64,000 bases of DNA from Nageia nagi (Eukaryota > Plantae > Pinophyta), in assembly GCA_050084985.1 (NCBI GenBank), contig JBITNC010000001.1, positions 198,524,001-198,588,000 of the forward strand. The letters are read 5' to 3'. The stretch's first letter is position 1; the number at the start of each line of letters is the position of its first letter. Shown here piece by piece: positions 1 to 11,360 of the stretch. Below the pieces are notes generated by a model, which saw only the letters and a list, made by a program, of their open reading frames with translations, was not told where the DNA came from and did not search any database. Position numbers and translations under genes: made by a program.

Positions 1-1175
1 TGAAGTATGCGCTCAAGCCTCCTTGCTTGAATTTTAATACTTAGTCAATTTCACTTCCGAACTAGGATGTCTAAGTTGGGTGCATGATTAAGGGGGAGCA
101 TTTAAGCCTGTGTAGAAATTGATGCGATTGGCCTGTGGCACACCTCCCGAGATTAGAAATTCCAAAAAATAATGAAAATGACCAAAAAAATGTTTTAGCG
201 GACATGCTTTTTCTCCTTAACTCCACATAATGCTCCAGACTCAACTTTCCAAACTGATCAACTTTGGCTGACCTTCCTTTTATATCCTTCTCGAATGGGA
301 CAGGTGTCATCTTGTGATTGGTCTCGAGGGGGTCAAATGCATGTATTCACACTTGTCATCATTAGGACCCAACACTTAGCCAAATTTTATTGCTTGAACT
401 TGGGTGCACCGTTTAGGAGACATGCAAAAGCATGTCCTTTAAAACATGCGCCTAGTTGTTTAAAGGACTTTTACTCAGAAATTGGCTAAGTATAGAGCCT
501 CTAATTCTTGGTTGCATTGTTTTGGGGGCATGCAAAAGCATGTCCCTCAAAACATGCGACTTGCTCTTTTCCTTGCAAGTTGAATGACTTTATAAAATAT
601 GCTAAGCATGGGAAGTCCACCTCTTGGTCGCATCGTTTCGGGGACATGCAAAAGCATGTCCCTCAAAACATGCGACTAAGCCTTTTCTTCATGATTTTGC
701 AAAAATATTCTAAGTATGAAATCTCTCAGCCCTGGTCGCACCATTTTGGGACATGCAAAAAGCATGTCTCTCAAAACATGCAACTAGCTGAAAAACATGA
801 TTTTTCTTTGATAAATTGACCAGTATGATTCCAACATGAGATGCAATGAAAGGGAGATAAATTTTGCAGCATGAGGGACCTGAAAATGCAAGTTTAAGGG
901 CCAAAAATGCAAGTGTAAGTGTGAAAAATGTAGCATGAGGTTGGGCGCATTATTTGGGGGATATGCAAAAGCATGTCCCTCAAAACATGCGACTAAGGAA
1001 AGATGCAAAATTTTGACTGGACTTGATCATATGAGTGCAAACTTTGACATGTTTTCTATAGCTAGACCATGATGCATGCATTCTTTTTAGACAAGACTTC
1101 TTCCATGCATTCGTACTTGATTTTTCAAGGGTCCTCAAAATGCAAAATTTTGGGGGGTGTTGTGCAGACACAACA
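1..1175 (-). mobile_element. 5' portion of a giant LTR-like unit (same superfamily as 1408-8054 and 22861-28842), running off the window start
   Basis: Reverse complement from 1175 reads TGTTGTGtctgCACAACACCCCCCAAAATTTTGCATTTTGAGGACCC, matching the start of the unit at 1408. It shares the palindrome array and the GACACCTGTCCC...AGAAGGATATAAAAGG promoter-like motif (~276-308, minus). Confidence 0.8.
405..995. repeat. Array of five ~50-bp imperfect palindromes (core GGGACATGC-AAAA-GCATGTCCC, outer GTCGCA...TGCGAC)
   Basis: Core seen at ~421, 529, 646, 752 and 962. Best copy is 627-676. Confidence 0.85.
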
Positions 1176-2338
1176 GACCCAAGGACACTTGCGTTGGGCT
1201 TGTCATTTCCCCTTCTGGTGCAAATGCAAACTAAGACATCCACTTTGACTCCTCCAATACCTGTGGTAGCATTCCAAAGACTCATATAAGCGAAAAGGTG
1301 GAAATGGACTAAGTATCAAGCATGAAAACCCCTCCTCTACCCTAGTGCAGGTTTGACAGGAGACACTTGTCTCATCCAAGATGTGCGCCCAACTCATGCA
1401 TACCTACTGTTGTGCCTACACAACACCCCCCAATTTTTTTTGCATTTCGAGGACCCTCAGGAAACATAAAAGAAGAAAAGATCGCATGAAACCTATCTAA
1501 AAGGATGCATATCTTTTGGAGGATGTTGGGAACATGTTTTGTTTGCATTTTCACAGTAGTAGTGTCATTTTGTATGCACTTTTCTCCTATTGCATGTTTT
1601 CCATAGAGTGCTTTTGCACCCCCTTTCAGCCATGCGACCATGCAGCCTTGTCTTTGTCATCTACATCACCTGTTTAAGAGCTTCTAAGGGCCTCCTTTTT
1701 TGCATTTCACCCACCTTGCATCATGTTTGTCATCATGTTGTCAAAAAATGCAGGAAAAGGGCATATTTTCAGCCTGTCGCATGTTTTTGAGGAAGTCCTT
1801 TTTGCACCCCCTAGAGAAGGTGCGACTAGGTTGGGTTTCATCTCATACTTAGCATTTTTTTTGTTCCACTTTGATGTCGCATACATTCAGTTGAGTCCTT
1901 TTGCACTCCTCCCAAAGGGTGCAACCAATGCAGCTGTTAATACTTAGCATTTATTTTTTTCACTTTCGCATACTTTGTAAGGTGTCATCTTGCATTCCTC
2001 CTGAAGCGTGCGACTAGTATTTCAGACTTAGCATCATTTTTAAAGATGTCGCATGCATTGGAGTGAGTCCTTTTGCACTCCTCAGGAACCATGCAACCAA
2101 GAACTTCACACTTAGCATTTTTTGAAGCCTCAAAGGTTGTCGCATGCATTTCATCAAGTGAAGAACACTTAGCCAAATTTCAAAGTCTCAAGGCTTGTCG
2201 CAAGGATGCAGATGAGTCCTTTTGCACTCATCCAAAATCATGCGACCAAGGAAAACAGAAGGAAATAAGCTAAGTGTTAGATGTTGGTGACAAATGGAAG
2301 CCCATGCACTAGACCTCATCCTGCCCCTATCCCATGGT

Positions 2339-2370
2339 GACACGTGTCCCACCTAGAAGGCTATAAAAGG
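2339..2370 (+). promoter_or_regulatory. G-box/ABRE-like palindrome GACACGTGTC followed by TATA box (CTATAAAAGG)
   Basis: Direct motif reading. A near-identical motif occurs at a similar distance from the 5' end in the copy ending at 1175. A second TATA (CTATAAATA) lies at ~2767. Confidence 0.5.
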
Positions 2371-3253
2371 TAAGTCACCCCCCTTCATTTCAGTTTGCAA
2401 AGTTGGAGAGGGCCAAAGCGTGGGGAGATAGGAGAAAATGCACCCCTTCTTGGACATGCGACCAAGGACATCCTACACCTTTTTCGAAGTTTTGTTCAAG
2501 ATTTAGACCTTGGGAAGCATGCCAGGAGCTGGGCGCAAGGATTCAAGCATGTGCTTTGAGCAGCCATCCAAAAGGATGCGACAAGGGAGTTAAGAGCTCA
2601 AGTATGCTGGAAAATTGGCTAAGTCCCCTGGTCCTACTTCCTAGTCACACCATTCCTATTTGGTCCTTTTGCACCCTCCACCATGCATGCGACCTTGTTT
2701 GTAAGCTTTCTATTGGACATTTTTAGCAAGCTGGTAAGAGAGTAACACCTGGCCCAAGAGCAAATCTATAAATATCACCCTCTCCTAGAGCATTTCATAC
2801 CTCACTTTCATCCGTCTTCTTAGTCACATCATTTTCCATACATGCTTAAGCATCCATCCCAAAACGTGCGGCCAAGGAAGGAACATTAGAATACGTTGCA
2901 CTCATTTCAGGGCCTGGTCGCATCATTTTTCATGCATGCTCAAGCACCCACTTCAGAATGTGCAACCAAGATAGAAGGGAGATTCGGGGACATACATCGA
3001 GTTAAGCCTCTTTTGGCTAAAGCATTTCGAATGCACCCTTGAACCTAGTCGCATCATTTTTTATGCATGCTTGAGGCACTCATTCAAAACATTGCGACCA
3101 ACAATGGAGTGAAGAATTTTGTTCAAGAAATTGACTAAGTGTCCCTAGGCCAAGTTGCATGCTTTCCTGGTTGTGCTTTTGCACTCATTCATAACTATGC
3201 ACCTAGACTAGTCATACATCTGGAGTTGAGGAAGGAGTTGGGTAGTGTCCTCC

Positions 3254-6200
3254 ATGGCTTCAAGCACTAAAGTACCCTCTTTGAAGGCCAAGAAGACCTA
3301 GAGCCAACTATTTGAGAGGCATGTGACTAAAAACCAGATGGCTTGACTTTTGAATGAGAGTTTGATAGAATTTCAGCCAAAGAGCAGACCAGAGCTCCTT
3401 GAGGCCAAATTTAAGGGAAAGTATATCTTTGTTGGTGACACTGATTGGGGTAACTTGGACCCAATTATGACCTTGGCCTCTACAACCTCTCTCAGCAAGG
3501 AGGACTTGTTTGGGGAACTTATCCATACGTGCGGCTTGTTCAATGTTGCCATGATACCATTTGCAATAAATTTTCCCGATTTGTGCAATGAAGTGGCAAA
3601 GAAGTGTGATTTCAGCAAGAGAGTGCTATAGGATGCGAAGGGCAATGTAATCATGGACTTCACCCCTGCTAGTATTGAAGCAGCTTTTGGTTGGAAACAT
3701 GGGGATGACTATACATTGGTCCATTCGGAGGAGTTTCATGACTCCACTTCCCAGCCTAGAGACTATGTTAGACCTTGTGAGGAATTTCAAAACCTTCAAG
3801 GGCAAAGGTTGATTACTGCACGAAGAGAAGAATTTCTGCCAGTTGTGGCAAAATTGATCACCTTATTATCAAAAGTAACCGGTTAAGAGAATGATGCCAA
3901 GTACCAGAGGGAGTTCACAGGCTTTATGGTTGCAATCAATTAGGGGAGGCCCATTCGGTGGGCAGAGGTTATCAATGATGCTCTACGCTACCAGTTGTCC
4001 TTTTTCAGGTCCTCGAAGAGATTTTACATGAACTCTTACTTGGTGTACCTGTTACTACATGACAAGGTCAGATTCAAGGAGCTAGCTGATAAGAGGTACT
4101 TGGGGGAGAAGAACACCCCCGTGTGGAGGGCATACCAAAAATGGTGGTGCCAGAATAAATTTGAGTATTTTTATGGGAAAACTGATGCCTAGGAGCATGA
4201 TATCTACAAGGATATCAAGGGAGAGTTTGTGGTGAAGAGGATATTTGATGTTGCTATCCAAGCTATTCGCATGCATGCAAACTTTTTTCTGCAAGATGCT
4301 GACTTCACCTACATTAGTGTTGATGGCTCGGAAGAGCAACCCATGCTCTTGCCCAAGTATGTCAGCGGTAGGTTGATCCTCATGGAGTTTGCCAACCAGC
4401 TCTTGGTCCTAAAGGAGAAGGTCTGGAAGAAGAAAAATTCCACCATCAACTTGCCTATTTCTATATTTGGATATGTGTGCCAAACCTCGGTGTAGGCAAC
4501 ACACATGTGGGAGGAGCTACAGTAGTATAACTTCTTCTGAGAAGCTGCTGCTAGGAACTATGATCCTGAGGGGATGATTGCCCATTTCTATGACACTGCT
4601 TTTCATCGACCCATTCCATTTCCACACAAGTCTTTGGGAGGTGAAGAAAGGTATAAGAATGTGTAGGATGAAGGGGAAATTGCGTGCATCAAAGCTCATT
4701 TGAGTAAACCCCGATCTAAAGAGGCCATTTTGAAGATCAAATCTCTTGCCCACACAACGTCCTCACCAAAAGAGAAGCCCTTGTTTTCTGCAGGAAAAAG
4801 GCATGGGGCCCTGAGAGAGCCCCTTCCAAGGCCCAGCAAGCGTAGTGTGTTGGAAGCTGACCTTAAAGATGTTGGGTATTATGTTCTCCCTTCAAATGCG
4901 TTGGACGATGTGATAAACATCGCATGTGGTAGTGACTCCCCCACCAAAGCAATTCCTTCCAGATCGACCCATTCTCCTGGACCAAGAGAGAAAGTTCTCC
5001 CTTTACAGGAAAGTTCTAGCAACTCTGAGACCTCTTCCTCTTCTTCCGATGAAGAAGTTGATGAAAACCCTAACCGTACAGTTGGAGATTCTGCAAAAGA
5101 ATCAAAGATCCATAGTTAGAGAGGAGAAAAAGAAGAGGAAGATGATGTCAACACTACCCATTCACCTTAGCAAGAAGACATAGCCATTGGTGCTTCAAAA
5201 CCCGATGAAATGGAAGTGGAAACCATCCCAAAAGATGAGATAGTGGATTGTAGGCACTTATGATGATGATGTCCAAATATTTGGCCAAAAGTACGCTAGA
5301 GAGGTGGCTGCATCCAAATCCTCTCCTACCGAACCCAAAAAAAAGGTCTCCCTCATGTAAACCCTCTACCAAGAGGATTCATGATAAATCTCACCAGCTC
5401 TGAAATACAAGCATATCTCTAGGCGGTAATGGAGGAGATGAAGAGGATGAAGGAGAGACAGAAGAACAGAAGAAGAAGAGAAGGCAAGAAGAGCATCAGG
5501 GCAAGGACATGGTGGTAGTTCCAACTACCCTAGCAAAAGAGGTCAAGAAAGTTGATAAAGAAAGATTGTTGGTTCAAAGGTTTTCCCCTCGACCAACTAT
5601 CGAACATCCAAATCTTGACCTAGATGCATGCCTTAGAGCCCTCAGCATGAGTATGGCTCACAATGAAGATATAGATCAGGACTTGCGATCTGAGGACAAG
5701 GAATAACTTTCAGATGGGGAGAAAATTCAAAGAGTGGACACTTTTGTCTCCACCTCTCGAAAGGAGATCTCCATCAGCCATTGCTACTCCAAGGAGAAGC
5801 ATTCTCAGAGGGACGAGGACTGTGTTATCGAAACTTTCAAGATGCCAGCCCAATTGAGGTTAACGGCTTGGAAACACATTGTTACCCAGAATGCTGCAAT
5901 CATGGAACAAGAAGGCTATGAACCCAAAAGGGAAGTGAAGAAATTAAAGAAGGATCTCATAGCTAGTTAGAAAATCATAAAGGAGCTCCAGAAAACAGCA
6001 CCACTCCCTTACATTTGCAGAAACAAACTTCCTTTCATGAGGGGTGGGAACTCATGAAGGAGCAGCTCAAGAACGAGATGATGAAAACCATCAAGAGATT
6101 GTCTTCATGCATTTACAAGCTCCTAGCCGAGGGTGTTGAGATCAGGGATCTTAGAGTTCAAATTACTACTCACCTTGGCCCGTTGGATAGTTACCTACCC

Positions 6201-6711
6201 AACGTCTCCCACTTGCAACACACGCCAATAACCCTAAGAAATTGGTCTATTGCCATGAGTTCACCTATCACCTTGATTGGTTGAAGCACGCACTCAAGAA
6301 GTGCAATGCTGTCCTCAAAGTAAGGATCCCCTTACGAAAGGAGGTAGAGGAACAGATGAGCAAGTATCTTTATTAGCTCAAGTTCCAAGGGGAGGATAAT
6401 AATGTTCAAGAGAAGGAAGCAATATTGGCAGAGGCTTAGAATCTGATCTAGAAGCATCTTGAGGTTGAGGATCTAAACTTGCTGAAGGCAAGACTTATTA
6501 TCATGCACAAGGGCGGATGGTCATATGGAGGTACCAGATGCAGGCCACAATCAAGAAGATTGAGGATTACTTCCGGCAGAATGATAGTACCATTGGTATG
6601 ATCTCTAGGGGCATGCAGAAAACAATGGGGTTCTTGGAGGAGACCATCGAGTCCTATTGTCTCGCCAGCAAGGAGTGGAACTCCGCCCATACCGAATCCA
6701 ATCTGGCTTAG
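3254..6711 (+). pseudogene. Decayed ~1,150-codon TE-borne ORF of unknown function (conserved N-terminal domain, acidic/Ser-rich linker, coiled-coil-like C-terminus)
   Basis: ATG at 3254. ORF pieces 3350, 3653, 3995, 4229 and 4700 are in one frame and broken only by stops; frameshifts occur later. Motifs GDTDW, MDFTPASI, FYMNSYLVYLLLH and FTYI..G..P..LP..V..R..LME..QL align with the ORF at 23982-27210. Confidence 0.8.
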
Positions 6712-8054
6712 ATCTGATTCACTCGCAAACTTCCTATGTGGTACTTTTTTTCATGTTTAATGCATACAGGTTGCTTGTCAGACTTTACTTTGATTTGACT
6801 AGTGTAGGGATGAGGTTTTGCTCACGCCAGGTCAAATCTGTCAGACTCATTTATGACTTTGACCGGTGCAGGGATGAGGTTTTGCTCCTGCCAGTTTTGA
6901 TGTTAGACCTTTTCAATCTATTTATTGCATATCTGATTTTCTGTTAGATAGAATAAATGTAGAGTAGATGCATTGCGACTGTGGCATTTATATTTTGTTA
7001 GCTTTAGATGCCACTTACATAGTTTTGTGGGATGATAACTGATTTTGTATCAGTATGTGTGTTGCATGTGTGCACACCATATCAGATTTGATGCCTTTAG
7101 GGCATCATTTCTAGTGGCCTATTTATACACCATTCGGGCCATTTAGAAAGGGATTTGACATACGGGATTTTTGCATGAGGAATTTTGACATAGAGTTTAT
7201 GCATAGATCTTTGTACTATTTTTGCATTGGACTTTCGCACATAATGAAAGCATCATATATTGGAGTTCTTGCATTTTGAGATTGAGGCTATTGTGTTCAT
7301 TTGTACTATCATTTTGAGCCTTTGCATGTCATAAGATTCACATTCCATTGCATAGAAGATTGTTGCATGATGGGTTCTATGCATGCTCTGTTATTGAAAA
7401 TCAATATGAATGTGTTTTTGTTTAGAGGAATAAAATCATAAAGATATATTGTGAGGGGCATCATTTGTGGGATTATGCATATCTGAATGGCTCTTTCTAT
7501 GAACTGCATATTGATTATTTTGTGAAAGAGTCTAATCCTTCTTTGCATAGTTTGCATGCAAGTGGATATATTCTAAGGCCTACAGCTTGTCTTTATATCA
7601 TTCGGTTAGGTTAGTGCACTTACACCCTCATTACATCTTTACCCTTTCCATTGAGTCTTCCATAAAGACCTTATAGCTTCTTGCTCTCATCTAGTAGTGT
7701 ATCGACCTTAATGAATCTGAAGACGACCTGCCGAGACACTGTATCCCAAGTGACGTCCTCATAGGTCTTTTCCTTTCCTCGCATTCCCTTGCATTTATCC
7801 TCATGTTTTTCCCTGCATTTGTGATCTTTCTTCGCTATCGTTCACATTTGCAATCTTTCCTCATTAAGGAAAGGAATCCCGATGTGAGTTTCCCTTGTAT
7901 ACGGTTAACAACATGCATCTCTGACTCTTGAGCCATCAAGACCATATTCCATGTAAGCGCTTGGGGTAACCAGTCCTTTCGAGTGGGAACAAGTAACGTT
8001 GTTTTCTCCAAGTCTTGTGCATGTTTTGGGCGAGGAAAGAAAAACATATCAACA

Positions 8055-8890
8055 CCTACCAAGCATAGGTGTGACTCAAAACAACTTTCATGTCCCTCCA
8101 AAGACCTGCAACACCCTTTCAAGAGCTTTGGGGAACAATTTCAAACATCAAGGACAAATTTTGGCTAAGAATAGAGCACAACTCCCTTAGGTGCAAGTCT
8201 GGGTGGAGACAAGCTTCATGACTCCTAGGAGACTTGCACCAAGCTCATATACACATCTCTAGCGCATATGCAAGCCAAGACAAACATGTTGACCTCTTCT
8301 GGACTTGCACTGGGCCAACACTTCCTTATTCAGGCACAAGCATGGACCAAGACAACCACCTCCACCTCTAGAAGACTTGTGTTGGGTTCTTATCCCTTCT
8401 TTCTGATGCAAGTGTGGACCTAGACAATAGTGTTATCCCCCTCAAGGCTTGCGCAAGAGAAAACTCATCCTTCTTGGGTGCAAGTCTCACCCAAGACACC
8501 CACTTTGACCCTCAAGGAGCTTGTGCTGGGATTCAAGGCTTCAACCTTGGCACATAACCTCACCTACACACATGCCTTGACCTCTTGTAGACATGCACCA
8601 GCCTATGAAAGCCTTCCCCATCAGCATGAAATCCCCAAAAGAGAGAAAAATCACAAGTAAAGAGCATATCCATTCTTGGCGCAAGTCCAGAACAAGACAA
8701 GAGTTTTGACCTCCCAAAGATGTGCGTCAGGCCTAGTTGCCTCTCTTTGGTGCAAATCCAAACCAAGACAAGGTTGTTGACTCCCAGAAGACTTGAGCTA
8801 GGCTTGTCCTCATGTCCATAACAATTTAAAATTATGAACAAAAAATGTTCCTATTGGTGCACCAATCTTGCTTGTTAACATTGAGTACTT
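8055..8890. repeat. Non-autonomous repeat (host of the giant units; continues at 1176-1407)
   Basis: Recurrent GGTGCAAGTCT / GACTTGCAC-type subrepeats on both sides of the TSD-flanked insertion. No coding motif. Confidence 0.45.
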
Positions 8891-9959
8891 TTTTTCAAAA
8901 ATGGTAACAATATTTCTATTAATCAACTTGGCTCGCTCATTCCCTTGAGAATGCAATTTGAGGAACAGATAGAGACACTACAATATTTGTAATAAAACTC
9001 TAATATTCTTCTGGATACATATGCATGTTAGCTGATATAATGAGACAAGTAATTCAGAATCTCAGTCGAATTTGATTTGCAATGTGGGATAACTTCTGTT
9101 TGTTCGGTGGAGACTCTTCTCTATGGAGCATGGATCAAGGTACATCTCCCAAGGCAGGCTAAGCTTGAGGGCATGGGAACCCAGATATCAAATGGGCAGG
9201 AAAACAAGGAAATATGAGATGACATCATTCGGTGCTTGTAAGCACTCCAGCAGATCTTCAGGAATCATTGAGATGCCAGCTAGCAGTTATGAAAATTACA
9301 GTGATCAACTGATGGACAATACACAGGTCATACAACAATACATGAGAGTTTTATTATCAAAGAAGAAACACTGAAGCTGCATAGCGGGCTTTAAAGGGAA
9401 TTCAATAACATGCTTTGATATGCAGTTTGCGCAATCTGTCATTTGAAAATCCCCAACTAAATGTGGCAGATTATGCAGTGATTTCTCTTACGCAGCCTCA
9501 CTACATCTGGTTAATCTGTTCTAAAGGCCATGCACTTGCAAAAGTTTGGTCATCGGACTTATGTTGCCGATGAATGCAAAAGTGATCTAAACACTGTAAA
9601 AACACCATTTTATCAGGCAATACCCAAGTTCTAGGGGGAGGGAACAAGCTGCAAGAGACAGTTAGCAAGGCTGTGGATCACCAACTAAAACTGTGGAAGC
9701 AGGTAGGCATCCAGCAAAAAGTAAAGGCTGCATAGTCAATGTTGGAATGGTGATGCTGACAAAGAAGCCAGAAGATGAAAAGTTCATCATGTGAAGAGAA
9801 AATTAATATGTCTTTTGAGCTTCAAGCAAACAAATAGTTCTGAAAAACATCATGGAAATCCAATAGACATTTTGAAACTGAAAGGTCATATCCTGGATAT
9901 TAAGGTGTTAATAACATGCTCTGCAACCCCTAGCCTCTTGTCACGCTTTTGCTCTTTTC

Positions 9960-11360
9960 CCTTCAGCCCCCCTTTCCCTTGAGAACAGTTTCCTCACCCT
10001 CTCTGTTTAAAACTTGAGCCACAAGAGCTACAGTTGGATCTTTGATCTACAGTGACCAATGGTGTAGTGAACTATGGAAGCACCTCCATGCTCCTAGCAT
10101 AGCCTCTTCTCACAAGAGGCTACTGTCGACACTAGACCTCCATTGGAAGTAGAAAAGAAAGGGGAAAAGCTATGCCTGAAAATCCCCCGCACTATCATTG
10201 ATCAATCTACAAAGACAGGGCACTATAGTTTGGTAGGAAGGATCTTGGGATCCTGCTTGAATATTGACCTTGTTTGAAAATGGGCAAAACTGAGATAAAA
10301 GGAAACTTGGATGTTATCGCGATGCCCAATGACTACATCATGTTCATTTTCAATTGTGCAGAAGGTCGCAACTATGTCTTGGGTTGTCCCTGGTTCTTTG
10401 GGAAGCGAGATTTGTTTCTAAAAAAATGGCAACTGGGTTTCAACTCGGCCAAGGCCAAGATAATGTTCGCAACAATATAGGCCATTCTCCTGCATCTCCC
10501 TTTTGAATTCTAGCACCAAAAAGTGTTCAAAGGAATTGCATGATCCTTTGGTAAATTCATTGCAATAGATGAGGTAATAACACTAGAATCGGAGTGGGGC
10601 GAATGGATTCAAGAACTGCATTATGTAGATAACAATTGTCTATGCTCAGCATGTGCTCAAGTTGGGCATAATGTTAGAGCGTGTCCTACTAGGGTGATCA
10701 TAGCAAACACACTTCAGAATGAAAGGCGACCAAAACAACAGCAGGAAGGGCAAAACTCTGATAAGATAAACAAACAACCAGAACTTGAAGAGGGAGAAAT
10801 TTCGTCTAAAGATACAGAAGGCAATTGCATGGCTTGAACTATTTGTGAGAAACCTAGACAACAAGAAACAAATATTCCGAAGGTGATAACTGTTAAAAAT
10901 GAAGCTCATAGGGAAGGAGATGAAAAACAACTCTGGATCAGCAATCACAAGAAGGAATCTTGCCTAAAATGAAGGATGAAAACAAGTGAAGAATAAAAGG
11001 AGATCACTAAGTAAAGAAGAAATAATTACAATGGTTGAATTGGTAGATGATCCAATAGGAAATCAGGAGGTGGAGAGAAAACTGGATTTTGATGAAGAAA
11101 CAATGGTAAAAGAGACTCGATTTTCCATGAATTGCAGCTGAGTAACATGAAGTTTAGTACAAAAAAAAAAAAGCAAATATCCAACAAGCAAGAACAGGGT
11201 GTCCAAGAGAGGGAAAAGTAACGGAGAAAGAAACAGCCAAAGCAATTGTTGATGGTAAGCAGTCAACTTTGGAGGGTTTTGTGAGAGGAAAAGCACTCCC
11301 AAAAACAGGGAGAAAATGATGATAATATCATGAATTTCAGGGGGTTGAACTCCCCCTCAA
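9960..11360 (+). mobile_element. L1-clade LINE fragment: decayed ORF1 (DUF4283-like + CCHC knuckle) and first codons of ORF2 endonuclease
   Basis: VLGCPWFFGKRDLFLKKWQLGF...LPFEF, then CSACAQVGHNVRAC (~10644-10685), then (one base restored) MMIISWNFRGLNSP at ~11317-11357, the typical APE endonuclease start. Confidence 0.75.

Larger units (their letters stand above)
1408..8054 (+). mobile_element. 6,647-bp solo-LTR-like element with an internal ORF
   Basis: Starts TGTTG (1408) and ends TCAACA (8054). Perfect 5-bp TSD CCTAC at 1403-1407 and 8055-8059. No internal LTR pair, PBS or RT/INT motifs seen. 3' end GGAAAGAAAAA...CAACA is shared with the 22861-28842 copy. Confidence 0.85.
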
